A DNA stretch of 34,487 nucleotides from assembly GCF_001194135.2 (NCBI RefSeq), contig NC_068984.1, forward strand, positions 9,302,339 through 9,336,825, in the 5' to 3' direction. The stretch comes from Octopus bimaculoides (Eukaryota). Position numbers and translations under genes: made by a program. A model generated the notes under the pieces. That model was given only the letters and a program-made list of their open reading frames with translations, did not search any database and was not told where the DNA came from. Shown in pieces: positions 1-9,548 of the stretch (positions are counted from its first letter, which is position 1; every line of letters starts with the position of its first letter).

Positions 1-138
1 TATATGTATGTATGTCTGTGTTTGTCCGCCAACATCGCTTGACAACCGATGGTGGTGTGTTTAAGTCCTCGTAACTTAGCGGTTCGGCAAAAGAGACCGA
101 TAGAATAAGTCCTGGTGTCGATTTGCACGACTAAAGGC
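1..138 (+). mobile_element. SINE family A, 3' half (partial)
   Basis: Closely matches the 3' halves of copies at 914-1130 and 15055-15262 (tttgtcc..catcgcttgacaaccg..gtaacttagcggttcggcaaaagagaccgatagaataagt). It has an internal deletion between the repeated gaataagt motifs. Confidence 0.85.
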
Positions 139-510
139 TTTCTCGTTTTTGTTCCATTTCCCTTTTTCGTTCTTGCATACATTCGTTTGTCTTTCCTAGA
201 AGCTTAATGCTTTTAGCTTAAGTCCCTGGCAGCCGTCGGATTCGAGTAGTATCGGAGATAAAGGGGCGAAACTACAAGGACATTCCGAACTCCTACTGAT
301 GAGCCATCGACTACGAATGATCCGTGTATCTTGTTTTTGTCCTGTTTGCCGTTTGTCTTGCTATCGTCCTTTTTTCCCCATGTTGTGTTTTCTTGGTTTC
401 CGTTTGTTGTGTTCTTTCCGTTCTACCTTTGATTTATTTATCCATGTATCCTATTTACATCCTCTACTCTTCCTCGGCATTTACTTATTGATCTGTCTTC
501 TGTCTATTTA
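139..510 (+). mobile_element. Possible Penelope-like terminal remnant (pyrimidine-rich, carries CTGATGA)
   Basis: T/C-rich flanks resemble the repeats at 4461-4625 and 7126-7290. It contains GAAA (268-271) and CTGATGA (296-302). No second copy in the window, so the class is inferred. Confidence 0.3.
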
Positions 511-514
511 CAAA

Positions 515-600
515 GCGTGAAGTCGCGTGGCTTAGTGGTTAGGGGCATTTGACTCACGGTTTTAAGGTCGTTGATTATCAGTCGATCACCTGGGTGGAGT
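515..600 (+). mobile_element. Degenerate tRNA-derived SINE head
   Basis: Pol III A-box TGGCTTAGTGG at 528-538 followed by decayed tRNA-like sequence; B-box degraded. Confidence 0.45.
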
Positions 601-613
601 GGTCAAATAGACT

Positions 614-771
614 CAAGTGTGGCTCAGTGGTAAGAAGCTTGCTTCCCAACCACAAGGTTCCGGGTGCAGTCCCACTGCGTGGTACCTTAGGCAAGTGTCT
701 TCTACTATAGCCTCAGACCGAGCAAAACTTTCGAGGTTGGTTTGGTGGACGGAAACCGAAAGAAGCCTGTC

Positions 772-823
<52 letters not shown>

Positions 824-877
824 CAGACACAAAAACACACACACACACGTACGTACGTACGTACATACATACATACA

Positions 878-911
<34 letters not shown>

Positions 912-1130
912 CATATGTCTGTGTTTGTCCCTCAACATCGCTTGAAAATTAGTGCTGGTGTGTTTACGTATTCGTAACTTAGTGGTTTGGCAAAAAATAC
1001 CGATAGAATAAGTACCAAGCTAAAAGGAAAATAGGTACTGGCATCGATCCATCTGACTAAAAAGAAACTTTCAAGGTGGTGCTCCAGCATGGCCGCAGTC
1101 AAATGACTAAAACAAGTAAAAGATAAAAGA
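614..1130 (+). mobile_element. SINE family A, near full length, with internal compound microsatellite
   Basis: A-box TGGCTCAGTGG 620-630; B-box-like GGTGCAGTCC 663-672; internal (TA)n/(CA)n/(TACA)n at 773-912; (TAAAAG)-like 3' tail. Colinear with 14894-15262. Confidence 0.85.
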
Positions 1131-2415
1131 CAGACAGACTTGTATATAATCAATTATAATATATGCAAAGTCTCCTTGAAGCTATATACATACTCTCTAA
1201 GCAGGTGGTTACAATTTCTTCATGTAAGTAATGGTTTACGGTTTTTATTATCAGGTTTTCTGACATCACTTCCGGGTCAGTGGAAATTTTAGCAAAAGAC
1301 TTTGTATTTCTATGGCACTGTCCTTATCAATTACTCTACTGTTCTCATGTCTCTGCTCTTTTCTTCCATTTCACCGTCTGACTTGGAAATCTTACGACAA
1401 TTGTCGTTCTTGAAGTGACTTTCAAACAGTTGTATTTCGTCTTCTACGTTATATTCCTTTCTCTTCTTTTTATTTTGACTGCTGTTTGACGGCTTCCTTC
1501 AGTAATTGCTTCGTTCAGGTTTGATAATTTCGTCTGCTTTGTTCAATATGTCCGTTCTAGTTGTTCGCCTTTATTCGCAGTTTCTCTATCTTAGAAGTAT
1601 ATTGTGTCACTTGTTTTCGAGCTATCAAGTCGAGGTTTTCTCGCATATACCCGCTTATATGTATGTGCGTGAGTACGTATGTGTAAATAAATGTGTATGT
1701 ATATCTATCAACCACTCTCTCTCTTTCTTTCTTTCTTTCTCTTTCTCGCATATATATATATATATATANNNNNNNNNNNNNNNNNNNNNNNNNNNNNNNN
1801 NNNNNNNNNNNNNNNNNNNNNNNNNNNNNNNNNNNNNNNNNNNNNNNNNNNNNNNNNNNNNNNNNNNNNNNNNNNNNNNNNNNNNNNNNNNNNNNNNNNN
1901 NNNNNNNNNNNNNNNNNNNNNNNNNNNNNNNNNNNNNNNNNNNNNNNNNNNNNNNNNNNNNNNNNNNNNNNNNNNNNNNNNNNNNNNNNNNNNNNNNNNN
2001 NNNNNNNNNNNNNNNNNNNNNNNNNNNNNNNNNNNNNNNNNNNNNNNNNNNNNNNNNNNNNNNNNNNNNNNNNNNNNNNNNNNNNNNNNNNNNNNNNNNN
2101 NNNNNNNNNNNNNNNNNNNNNNNNNNNNNNNNNNNNNNNNNNNNNNNNNNNNNNNNNNNNNNNNNNNNNNNNNNNNNNNNNNNNNNNNNNNNNNNNNNNN
2201 NNNNNNNNNNNNNNNNNNNNNNNNNNNNNNNNNNNNNNNNNNNNNNNNNNNNNNNNNNNNNNNNNNNNNNNNNNNNNNNNNNNNNNNNNNNNNNNNNNNN
2301 NNNNNNNNNNNNNNNNNNNNNNNNNNNNNNNNNNNNNNNNNNNNNNNNNNNNNNNNNNNNNNNNNNNNNNNNNNNNNNNNNNNNNNNNNNNNNNNNNNNN
2401 NNNNNNNNNNNNNNN

Positions 2416-2830
2416 ACCATTTCGATCACAAGGGATCGTGGATAAAAAAAAAGGGCCGATCAATAGGGATCGTGTATCACAGAAATGTCAGAATGTAAAA
2501 AGGGGAAACAGATTAGGTTTATCCGTGGAAAGAAAAGCCTACAGAAACGACCACGGTAACCTCGGGCAATAATGTCATACAAAAAAACACATTACAGTGA
2601 GTGACTCTCTTTTTTCCTTTTTTTTTTTTTTGGTTCATAGGATTATGCTCAAGCTGGCTCCATCATTCACACATGTCACCCTTGCTACATTCACCCACCT
2701 TTTTCTTGAAACGTTCACTAGACAAAACTTCCCTCTCTATTCTCACCTTCCTCTTCAAGTGATACTTGAAGAAGTTGATGAGAGATTTACCAGAGAGCAA
2801 AGCGTTTGTCTCTAGACCTTTCAGCATACA
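2416..2830 (-). mobile_element. Non-LTR retrotransposon 3' end (L1/Tx1-like ORF2 C-terminus plus 3' UTR), frameshifted
   Basis: Minus strand reads CMLKGLETNALLSGKSLINFFKYHLKRKVRIEREVLSSERFKK, then after a frameshift RWVNVARVTCVNDGASLSIIL* (TGA at 2637-2635). This is homologous to the peptide at 25866-25949. Clade assignment is from recalled similarity. Confidence 0.65.
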
Positions 2831-3152
2831 ACTACTTTAACCAGGTGATGCTCTACAATCGTAGAGTTGTTTCAATGCATCAGATGCGATACAGTATTGT
2901 ATTAAAACTATCGTAACTTTATAAGGCATAAATTTGTAATGAAAGAAATACTGACTCTACATCTGTTAAGTTTTGAGTATGCCCTTGAATTACAGCCTGG
3001 TCGATCCACGGGCGAAACTTAAGCACACGCAAATAAACACACACACACACACATACGCATACACACAAACATATACATGTGTATGTATATTAAAGTACAT
3101 AAAATTCATAGGAATGTACGTGTTGATGTGTGTGTATATACACACACATATA

Positions 3153-3188
<36 letters not shown>

Positions 3189-3287
3189 TATTTATATATG
3201 TAAGTATAAATATATATGCGAGTGTGTGTATGTGTGCGCTATGATATCCACATACATATAGTAATATATATATACGCACACACACAT

Positions 3288-3354
<67 letters not shown>

Positions 3355-3807
3355 NNNNNNNNNNNNNNNNNNNNNNNNNNNNNNNNNNNNNNNNNNNNNN
3401 NNNNNNNNNNNNNNNNNNNNNNNNNNNNNNNNNNNNNNNNNNNNNNNNNNNNNNNNNNNNNNNNNNNNNNNNNNNNNNNNNNNNNNNNNNNNNNNNNNNN
3501 NNNNNNNNNNNNNNNNNNNNNNNNNNNNNNNNNNNNNNNNNNNNNNNNNNNNNNNNNNNNNNNNNNNNNNNNNNNNNNNNNNNNNNNNNNNNNNNNNNNN
3601 NNNNNNNNNNNNNNNNNNNNNNNNNNNNNNNNNNNNNNNNNNNNNNNNNNNNNNNNNNNNNNNNNNNNNNNNNNNNNNNNNNNNNNNNNNNNNNNNNNNN
3701 NNNNNNNNNNNNNNNNNNNNNNNNNNNNNNNNNNNNNNNNNNNNNNNNNNNNNNNNNNNNNNNNNNNNNNNNNNNNNNNNNNNNNNNNNNNNNNNNNNNN
3801 NNNNNNN

Positions 3808-3850
<43 letters not shown>

Positions 3851-4460
3851 CATATTTGCACAGATAGATACACATTAATTAGTCTCAGATCAGTTAAGAT
3901 ATGATGTATGAACTGAGCGTAGAATTCGACTTTTATATCGCAATATCCAATCAATAACTGTACTCCGCTGAATCCACAGACAAGAAACTCAAAAATCTGA
4001 ATGACAACACCCACATCTTGATATGTATTTATTAGAGGCCGATATTATTATTCAGTGACGCATCTCTTGCAATAACAAGCTTGCCATTAGCTTGCGTAGA
4101 TACACCTACGATATACACACACATACATGCACACATATATAGATGCACACACACACATTTGTTCTTGTGCTGCATATTGCTAGTGGCTGGTGGTAGTCGC
4201 CCAGCGGTGGTAGCGGACGACTACCTCTCGCCAGCGATATATACATGAGTGCTTATATGCACCCTAAATCTATATGGGAGGTTCTGGTATGCATGGTAAA
4301 TAACGCAGTGTTATTTGTTCTAACAAAACATCCTCGTTTAAGTGGAGGTGCACCATCGTTTTGGGATCACTACTACTTTGTTATCTCGCCTTCTTCTTAA
4401 CTCTCCTGTGTGACCCTTCTGTCCGGCATTCGCCATGATAGATCACTCACCACTACACAC

Positions 4461-4625
4461 ATTTTTTTCTCTCCTTGTTTCTTTCTGTGTTCCATTCTGT
4501 GGAAGAGCATGGGCTCGAAACGTTAAAGACTTTTTCAATTCCCGAGCGTTATACTAATACAACTGTTTGTTTTCTACACCACCTGTATTCGTCTGTTGTT
4601 TTCTTGTGAATTCTCCCTATATATA
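4461..4625 (+). mobile_element. Penelope-like terminal repeat, copy 1
   Basis: Colinear with 7126-7290 (gaagagc..gctcgaaacgt.aaagac..ttcccgagcgt.atactaata..tacaccacctgt..cgtctgttgtt..attctccc then TA repeats). Carries a minimal hammerhead-like motif, as Penelope-like LTRs do. Confidence 0.6.
4497..4529 (+). ncRNA. Degenerate minimal hammerhead-like motif (core CUGUGGA)
   Basis: CUGUGGA-A-GAGC-augg-GCUC-GAAA-C-GUU-AAAGA. Stem II is 4 bp; stem I is reduced to 2 bp in this copy. Confidence 0.35.
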
Positions 4626-4684
4626 TAGCATTTTCTCCCTATATATATAGCATTTTCTACCTTGACTTTCCTTTTCAAACTTTT

Positions 4685-4687
<3 letters not shown>

Positions 4688-4775
<88 letters not shown>

Positions 4776-4790
4776 GAGAGAGAGATAGAG
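4688..4790. repeat. (TA)n-(GA)n compound microsatellite
   Basis: Directly visible. Confidence 0.95.
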
Positions 4791-4797
4791 ATGTTAA

Positions 4798-4974
4798 GGA
4801 GAATTTCAAAATAGGTTCAACAATTTATTTATATATACATTCTGCTATAGGTCAATGCATATCAGTCTTTAAAATATACCAATGTATCAGTCGTTGGTAT
4901 ATTTTAAAGATTGGTATGCATTGACCTATGGCAGAATATATGTATAAATAAATTGTTGGAATCTGAAATTCTCC
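4798..4974. mobile_element. Palindromic MITE with TTAA flanks (Kolobok-like termini)
   Basis: TTAA at 4794-4797 and 4975-4978; termini GG...CC. The whole element is a near-perfect inverted repeat of about 85 bp per arm around an 11-nt loop. TTAA TSD with RR..YY ends is the Kolobok signature. Confidence 0.75.
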
Positions 4975-5107
4975 TTAACATTATTTTTTTATATACTTTT
5001 GCGTCTCGGTTCTCTTATCTGAGCACTTCTGAGTAGTACCTATACAATAAACAAAGAAACTTTACTATGTATATTTATACATACATACATATATATATAT
5101 AAACGTT

Positions 5108-5235
5108 CCATCCTTTCGGGGTCGATAAATTAAGTACCAGTTACGGACTGGGTTCGATGTAATCGACTTAATCCCTTTGTCTGTCCTTGTTTGTCCCCTC
5201 TATGTTTAGCCCCTTGTGGGCAATAAAGAAATAAG
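5108..5235 (+). mobile_element. SINE family B, 5'-truncated, tail 1
   Basis: Matches the reverse complement of 9309-9430 and 17145-17270. Flanked by AAACGTT direct repeats (5101-5107, 5236-5242). Confidence 0.85.
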
Positions 5236-5417
5236 AAACGTTAGCACGTTAGATTTCGTCTATCGTTATGTTTTGAATCAAATTCCGCCGAGGTCGACTT
5301 TAACTTTCATCCTTTCAGGGTCGATAAATTAAATACCTGTTGCGTACTGGAGTCGATCTAATCGATTGGCCTCCTCCCCCTAAATTTCGGGCCTTGTGCC
5401 TGGAGTAGAAAAGAATA
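5236..5417 (+). mobile_element. SINE family B, tail 2
   Basis: Head remnant (acgttagcac..), body (aaattccgccgaggtcgact..tcatcctttc.gggtcgataaatt) and the alternative tail ctcccctaaatttcgggccttgtgcctggagtagaaaagaat. Confidence 0.8.
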
Positions 5418-6004
5418 CTTTATTTACTATTTGTGCGCATTCTTGTTTACTGGTTGTCCTCAGTTTATCAACTGTTGCCGGTTTCGTACAGTAAACTCTG
5501 TCCTTTAAGTATCTCCGTAAAAAAGTTTGAGATTCGGCGAACGTTGAATATACGCTATTGAGCCTCTTTATCCATTCTACGTGTTTGTCAAAATTTCATT
5601 ACTGTAAGTCCCCACACAACTGTGCGTGAGCAGAAAAGCCGTATATTGCAGGAAATTAACTCCACATCTTCAAAATCCTCTTAATCCTATTAAATGCCTG
5701 GCATGAGAGATTGCCATAACAGGTTGAAATAGAACCAATCACAGCACCATCAAAAACAAATGATAGTCCAATTAATCCTTATATCTTTGTTGTAGGACAG
5801 CCTTGAACGAGTAGATCTATGTTCTAATATATTCCGTGCCAGAATATTCCGTCTATATTGAGACAACTTTTATTTTTCATTACGCTAAGTTGAGATCTGT
5901 GGAAGGTTCGTCTGCTATTTCTAGCAAGTCTTCTGATCACCTGCAGCCTCAATTATTGACTTATGCAAGACGGGACAGCAGTTTTGGCAAACACTCAGAA
6001 TAAC

Positions 6005-6245
6005 TCTCTCCTTCTTTCTCCCTCTCTCTCTCTCTCTTTCCCTCTCTCTATCTCTCTCAGTCTCTCTATATCTCTCCTTTTTTCTTTCTCTTTCTCTTTC
6101 TTTCTCCTCTCCCACGTTCTATCTCGCTCTTTTTCTCTTTCCCTTCCCCCTCTCCCTTTCTCTGTGTCTCCCCCTTTCTCTTCACCCCTTCTCTCTCCGT
6201 CTCTCTCTCACCCTCTCTCTCCCTCTTTCTGCCTCTCTCTCCTCC
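6005..6245. repeat. CT-rich low-complexity tract
   Basis: Degenerate (CT)n. Similar tracts at 10877-10930, 10990-11040 and 24905-25155. Confidence 0.9.
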
Positions 6246-6649
6246 CACTCGATCTGCAATTCTCTGTCTCGTTATGAATGGTTTTAAAACATTTATATTC
6301 AAACTGCTATTTCTCTATTTTCCTGTCTCGCAATCATTGTATTCATCTAACTATCGATCTATTTATCGATCAATCTAATAAGTCAACTTTCTGGTTAACT
6401 ATCGATCTAGCTCCATATCTATTTATCTATCGATCAACCAATCTGTTTGTTTATCAATCTATCTGCATATCTGTTTAACCGTCCATTATAATAGTTTTCA
6501 AAACAAACACGCACGTGCACTCACACACACGCACTGAAGAATATTTATGTCTGCCTGAACAACTATATGCATATCCATATATGTTGTATATATGTGCGTA
6601 TGCATAGACACACACGCACACACACATAGACACATAAATACACACATAC

Positions 6650-6700
<51 letters not shown>

Positions 6701-6941
6701 GTACGTAGGTAGATATTGAACTTCTCAACAAATTGTTGAGTCGAGATATGTGCGTGTGTGTTTTCGTAATATATTTTTGTTTGTTATTCATAAGTCTATA
6801 ATATTCTCTCTCTGTACTTATTTTGCTCAATATTTTGCAAACTTACCGCCCCCTTCTCAAATCTGTTTCTATCTCTGCTTCTCTTTTCCTTCCACTCTCT
6901 CCCTTTCGCTCTTATATTCACGCAACCACGCAGAGTGGCTT

Positions 6942-7003
<62 letters not shown>
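6942..7003. repeat. (GATA)n microsatellite
   Basis: Directly visible. Others at 21041-21080, 21750-21797, 29538-29581 and 34124-34167. Confidence 0.95.
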
Positions 7004-7125
7004 CGTACATATCTGTGGGTGGATGATCATATATGTATACACCCACACATCTATGTATGTATATACTCATTTTGGACGGTACGCTTGAACCATTATTATG
7101 ATTGACCGTTGACTGAACACTATTC

Positions 7126-7290
7126 AATTTTTTTTCTCCGTGTTTTTCTCCTTTTCTCCGTATTCTTTCTGTTGAAGAGCGTAGCTCGAAACGTCAAAGA
7201 CTTTCCGTATTCCCGAGCGTCATACTAATATATACTTTTGTTATTTACACCACCTGTCCTCGTCTGTTGTTATTTTTTGTATATTCTCCC
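7126..7290 (+). mobile_element. Penelope-like terminal repeat, copy 2
   Basis: Colinear with 4461-4625; ends attctccc followed by (TA)n. Confidence 0.6.
7164..7200 (+). ncRNA. Minimal hammerhead-like motif with A6U core
   Basis: Stem I UCUUU(7164-68)/AAAGA(7196-7200); core CUGUUGA 7169-75; A; stem II GAGC/GCUC with GUA loop; GAAA 7188-91; C; GUC triplet 7193-95. Confidence 0.55.
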
Positions 7291-7292
7291 AT

Positions 7293-7326
<34 letters not shown>

Positions 7327-7824
7327 GTATACATATATATGTATATATGCATATATGTGTGTGTGTTTATGTATGTAAATATATATATATATATTTATAT
7401 ATATATATATATATATATACCTATATACTTGTGAGTAAATAAATGTATGTATGTATGTATGTATGCTTCAGAACAGGAACCATGATCTCGTACAATACAA
7501 AGCATGAAAGCATGTGAACAACAAACACAGTTGCGTTTAAGCTAACATAGCGTTTTTTAAATATATATTATATATCGATCGCATTGATCCAACAAAAGTT
7601 AACTTAAAATATATTCTATCTTTGGCATCGCCGCCAAACACTTCTTTATTGCTAATTACTTTACCAAATTTTATTCCTCTCTTCCAAGTTTCAAAGTTCA
7701 AGTCATCGCCGGTAAGTTCAACGACGGTCCCAACTAATAGGGCCATAAATTCTGCTTCTCACAGAAGTGCCAGTCTGTAGAAATATATAGATATTCGTAT
7801 GACATCATTGCAGGCATGGTATAG

Positions 7825-7910
7825 ACACAGGCGTGGCTGTGTGGTTAAGAAGATCACTTTGCAACCACCTGGTTTAGAATTCTCTCCCACAAAGTGGTAT
7901 CTTGGGCAAG
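7825..7910 (+). mobile_element. SINE family A head (decayed)
   Basis: A-box TGGCTGTGTGG 7834-7844, then caaccac.tggtt and cttgggcaag as in the other A copies. Confidence 0.65.
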
Positions 7911-7917
7911 GCTACCG

Positions 7918-8036
7918 ATGGTTTCATGTAAGAGAGTTTCTTTACAATTCTTAAAGTTTGCCGCATAGAAACGTTGGTACTCATTTTGGACGGTACGCTT
8001 GAACAATTGTAAAGAAGCTCTTTACATGAAACCATT
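7918..8036. mobile_element. Foldback/MITE with 32-bp inverted arms
   Basis: 7918-7949 versus 8005-8036 are 30/32 reverse-complement identical. The internal segment tactcattttggacggtacgcttgaac also occurs at about 7064-7089. Confidence 0.7.
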
Positions 8037-8118
8037 AGAAGCCTCCTTCACCCACAAATAAAGAATATCTATCATGCAAAACCGCGTTGAGCACTCATTC
8101 TTACTATTCAATATTAGC

Positions 8119-8157
<39 letters not shown>

Positions 8158-8261
8158 TGTATGTATGTATGTATGTATATACATATACATACATATATAT
8201 ATACATACATACTTATATATATATACATACTTATATATGTATATGTATGTATGTACGAGTG

Positions 8262-8316
8262 TGTGTGTTTGTGTGTTTGCTTTTGTCCCCCCTCACTGCG
8301 TGACAACTGGTGTTGG
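8262..8316 (+). mobile_element. SINE family A middle fragment
   Basis: tttgtccccc..actgc.tgacaactggtgttggt matches the post-microsatellite segment of family A. Confidence 0.6.
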
Positions 8317-8324
8317 TTTTTTTT

Positions 8325-8485
8325 TACCTTTTATCTTTTTATTCGTTTCAATCATTAGACTGCGGCCATGCTGGGGCACCGCCTTGAAGAATTTTAGTCA
8401 AGAATTTTGCTGAGCTGCTTAGTTACGAGGATGTAAACATACCAAGACCGGTTATCAGACGGTTGTTGGAGACAAGCATAGACAC
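8325..8485 (-). mobile_element. SINE family A 3' half (with internal deletion)
   Basis: Reverse complement of the family A tail (gactgcggccatgctggggcaccgccttgaa) and middle (cttagttacg.ggatgtaaacatacc). Confidence 0.75.
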
Positions 8486-8610
8486 GTCCCTCATAAACAC
8501 ACACATACAAACAAACACACATACACACATGCATACATATACACATCCCCCCACACACATCCCGAGTGGAGATCTGCTCTTCTCTTCGTTCTCGTGAATT
8601 CATCTCGCCC

Positions 8611-9007
8611 CTTTTGGACAGACCGCTGACTGATGAGAAAATTATGATCTTTCATCAAAATGTTAAGCGTCGTAGACATTGGTTTGATGAAGGGGAAGGG
8701 ACCCAGCTACAACCGAAATAGGAACCCCATGCGAAGAAGATTCTTCTCTCTGTTTGGTGGGATTGCAAAGAAGTCGTCCGCTTTGAGTTGCTAACAACTA
8801 ATGCAACAATCAATACTCAAACCTACCGTCAGCCATTAAAGCGTTTAAATTCTTTGAAGAAAACAAAGGCTTGCATTAGTGAATCGAAAGTGGGTGGTGC
8901 TTCCTCAGGACAATGCAAGATCCCACACTGCAAAGATCAAGTCACAGAGGGAGACAATTGCTCATCCGCATTATTCTCCAGACCTTGCTCACTCAGGTTA
9001 CCAATAG
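8611..9007 (+). pseudogene. Mariner-family transposase catalytic domain, decayed
   Basis: LLDRPLTDEK..NVKRRRHW..PK*EPHAKKILLSVWWDCKEVVRFELL..TINTQTY..., then after frameshifts QDNARSHTAK and HPHYSPDLAHSGY. These correspond to the mariner TGDEKW, VWWD, HDNARPH and HPPYSPDLAPSDY motifs. In-frame TAG at 8719-8721; runs into a gap. Confidence 0.9.
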
Positions 9008-9308
9008 NNNNNNNNNNNNNNNNNNNNNNNNNNNNNNNNNNNNNNNNNNNNNNNNNNNNNNNNNNNNNNNNNNNNNNNNNNNNNNNNNNNNNNNNNNNNN
9101 NNNNNNNNNNNNNNNNNNNNNNNNNNNNNNNNNNNNNNNNNNNNNNNNNNNNNNNNNNNNNNNNNNNNNNNNNNNNNNNNNNNNNNNNNNNNNNNNNAAA
9201 ATTACATTGACGATAAGTTTCATTAAAATGTAAGATTTGATCACTTGTTTCCCTGGACATTACTTATGGGATGACCTGATATATATAATATATATTCTTT
9301 CAGTTTCT

Positions 9309-9540
9309 TATTTCGTTATTGCCCACAAGGGGCTAAACATAGAGGGGTCAAACAAGGACAGACAAAGGGATTAAGTCGATTAAATCGATCCCAGCGTGTA
9401 ACCGGTATTTAATTCATCGACCCCGAAAGGATGAAAGGCAAAGTCGACCTCGGCGGAATTTGAACTCGGAACGTAACGGCAGGCGAAATGCCGCTAAGCA
9501 TTTCGCTCGGCGTGCTAGCGTTTCTGCCAGCTCGCCGCCC
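9309..9540 (-). mobile_element. SINE family B, full length, tail 1
   Basis: Minus strand: ggcggcgagctggcagaaacg (A-box region), GAGTTCAAATTCC (B-box), body, then tail gccccttgtgggcaataa. 13-bp TSD TCTTTCAGTTTCT at 9296-9308 and 9549-9561. Confidence 0.9.
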
Positions 9541-9548
9541 TTACATAA

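Noticed and set aside
614-680. SINE heads as tRNA genes
   Set aside because: A/B boxes are present, but there is no complete cloverleaf or acceptor stem, and they continue into SINE bodies.
1280-1655. Purine-rich minus-strand stretch resembling a decayed ORF
   Set aside because: Multiple stops in all frames and no recognisable motif.
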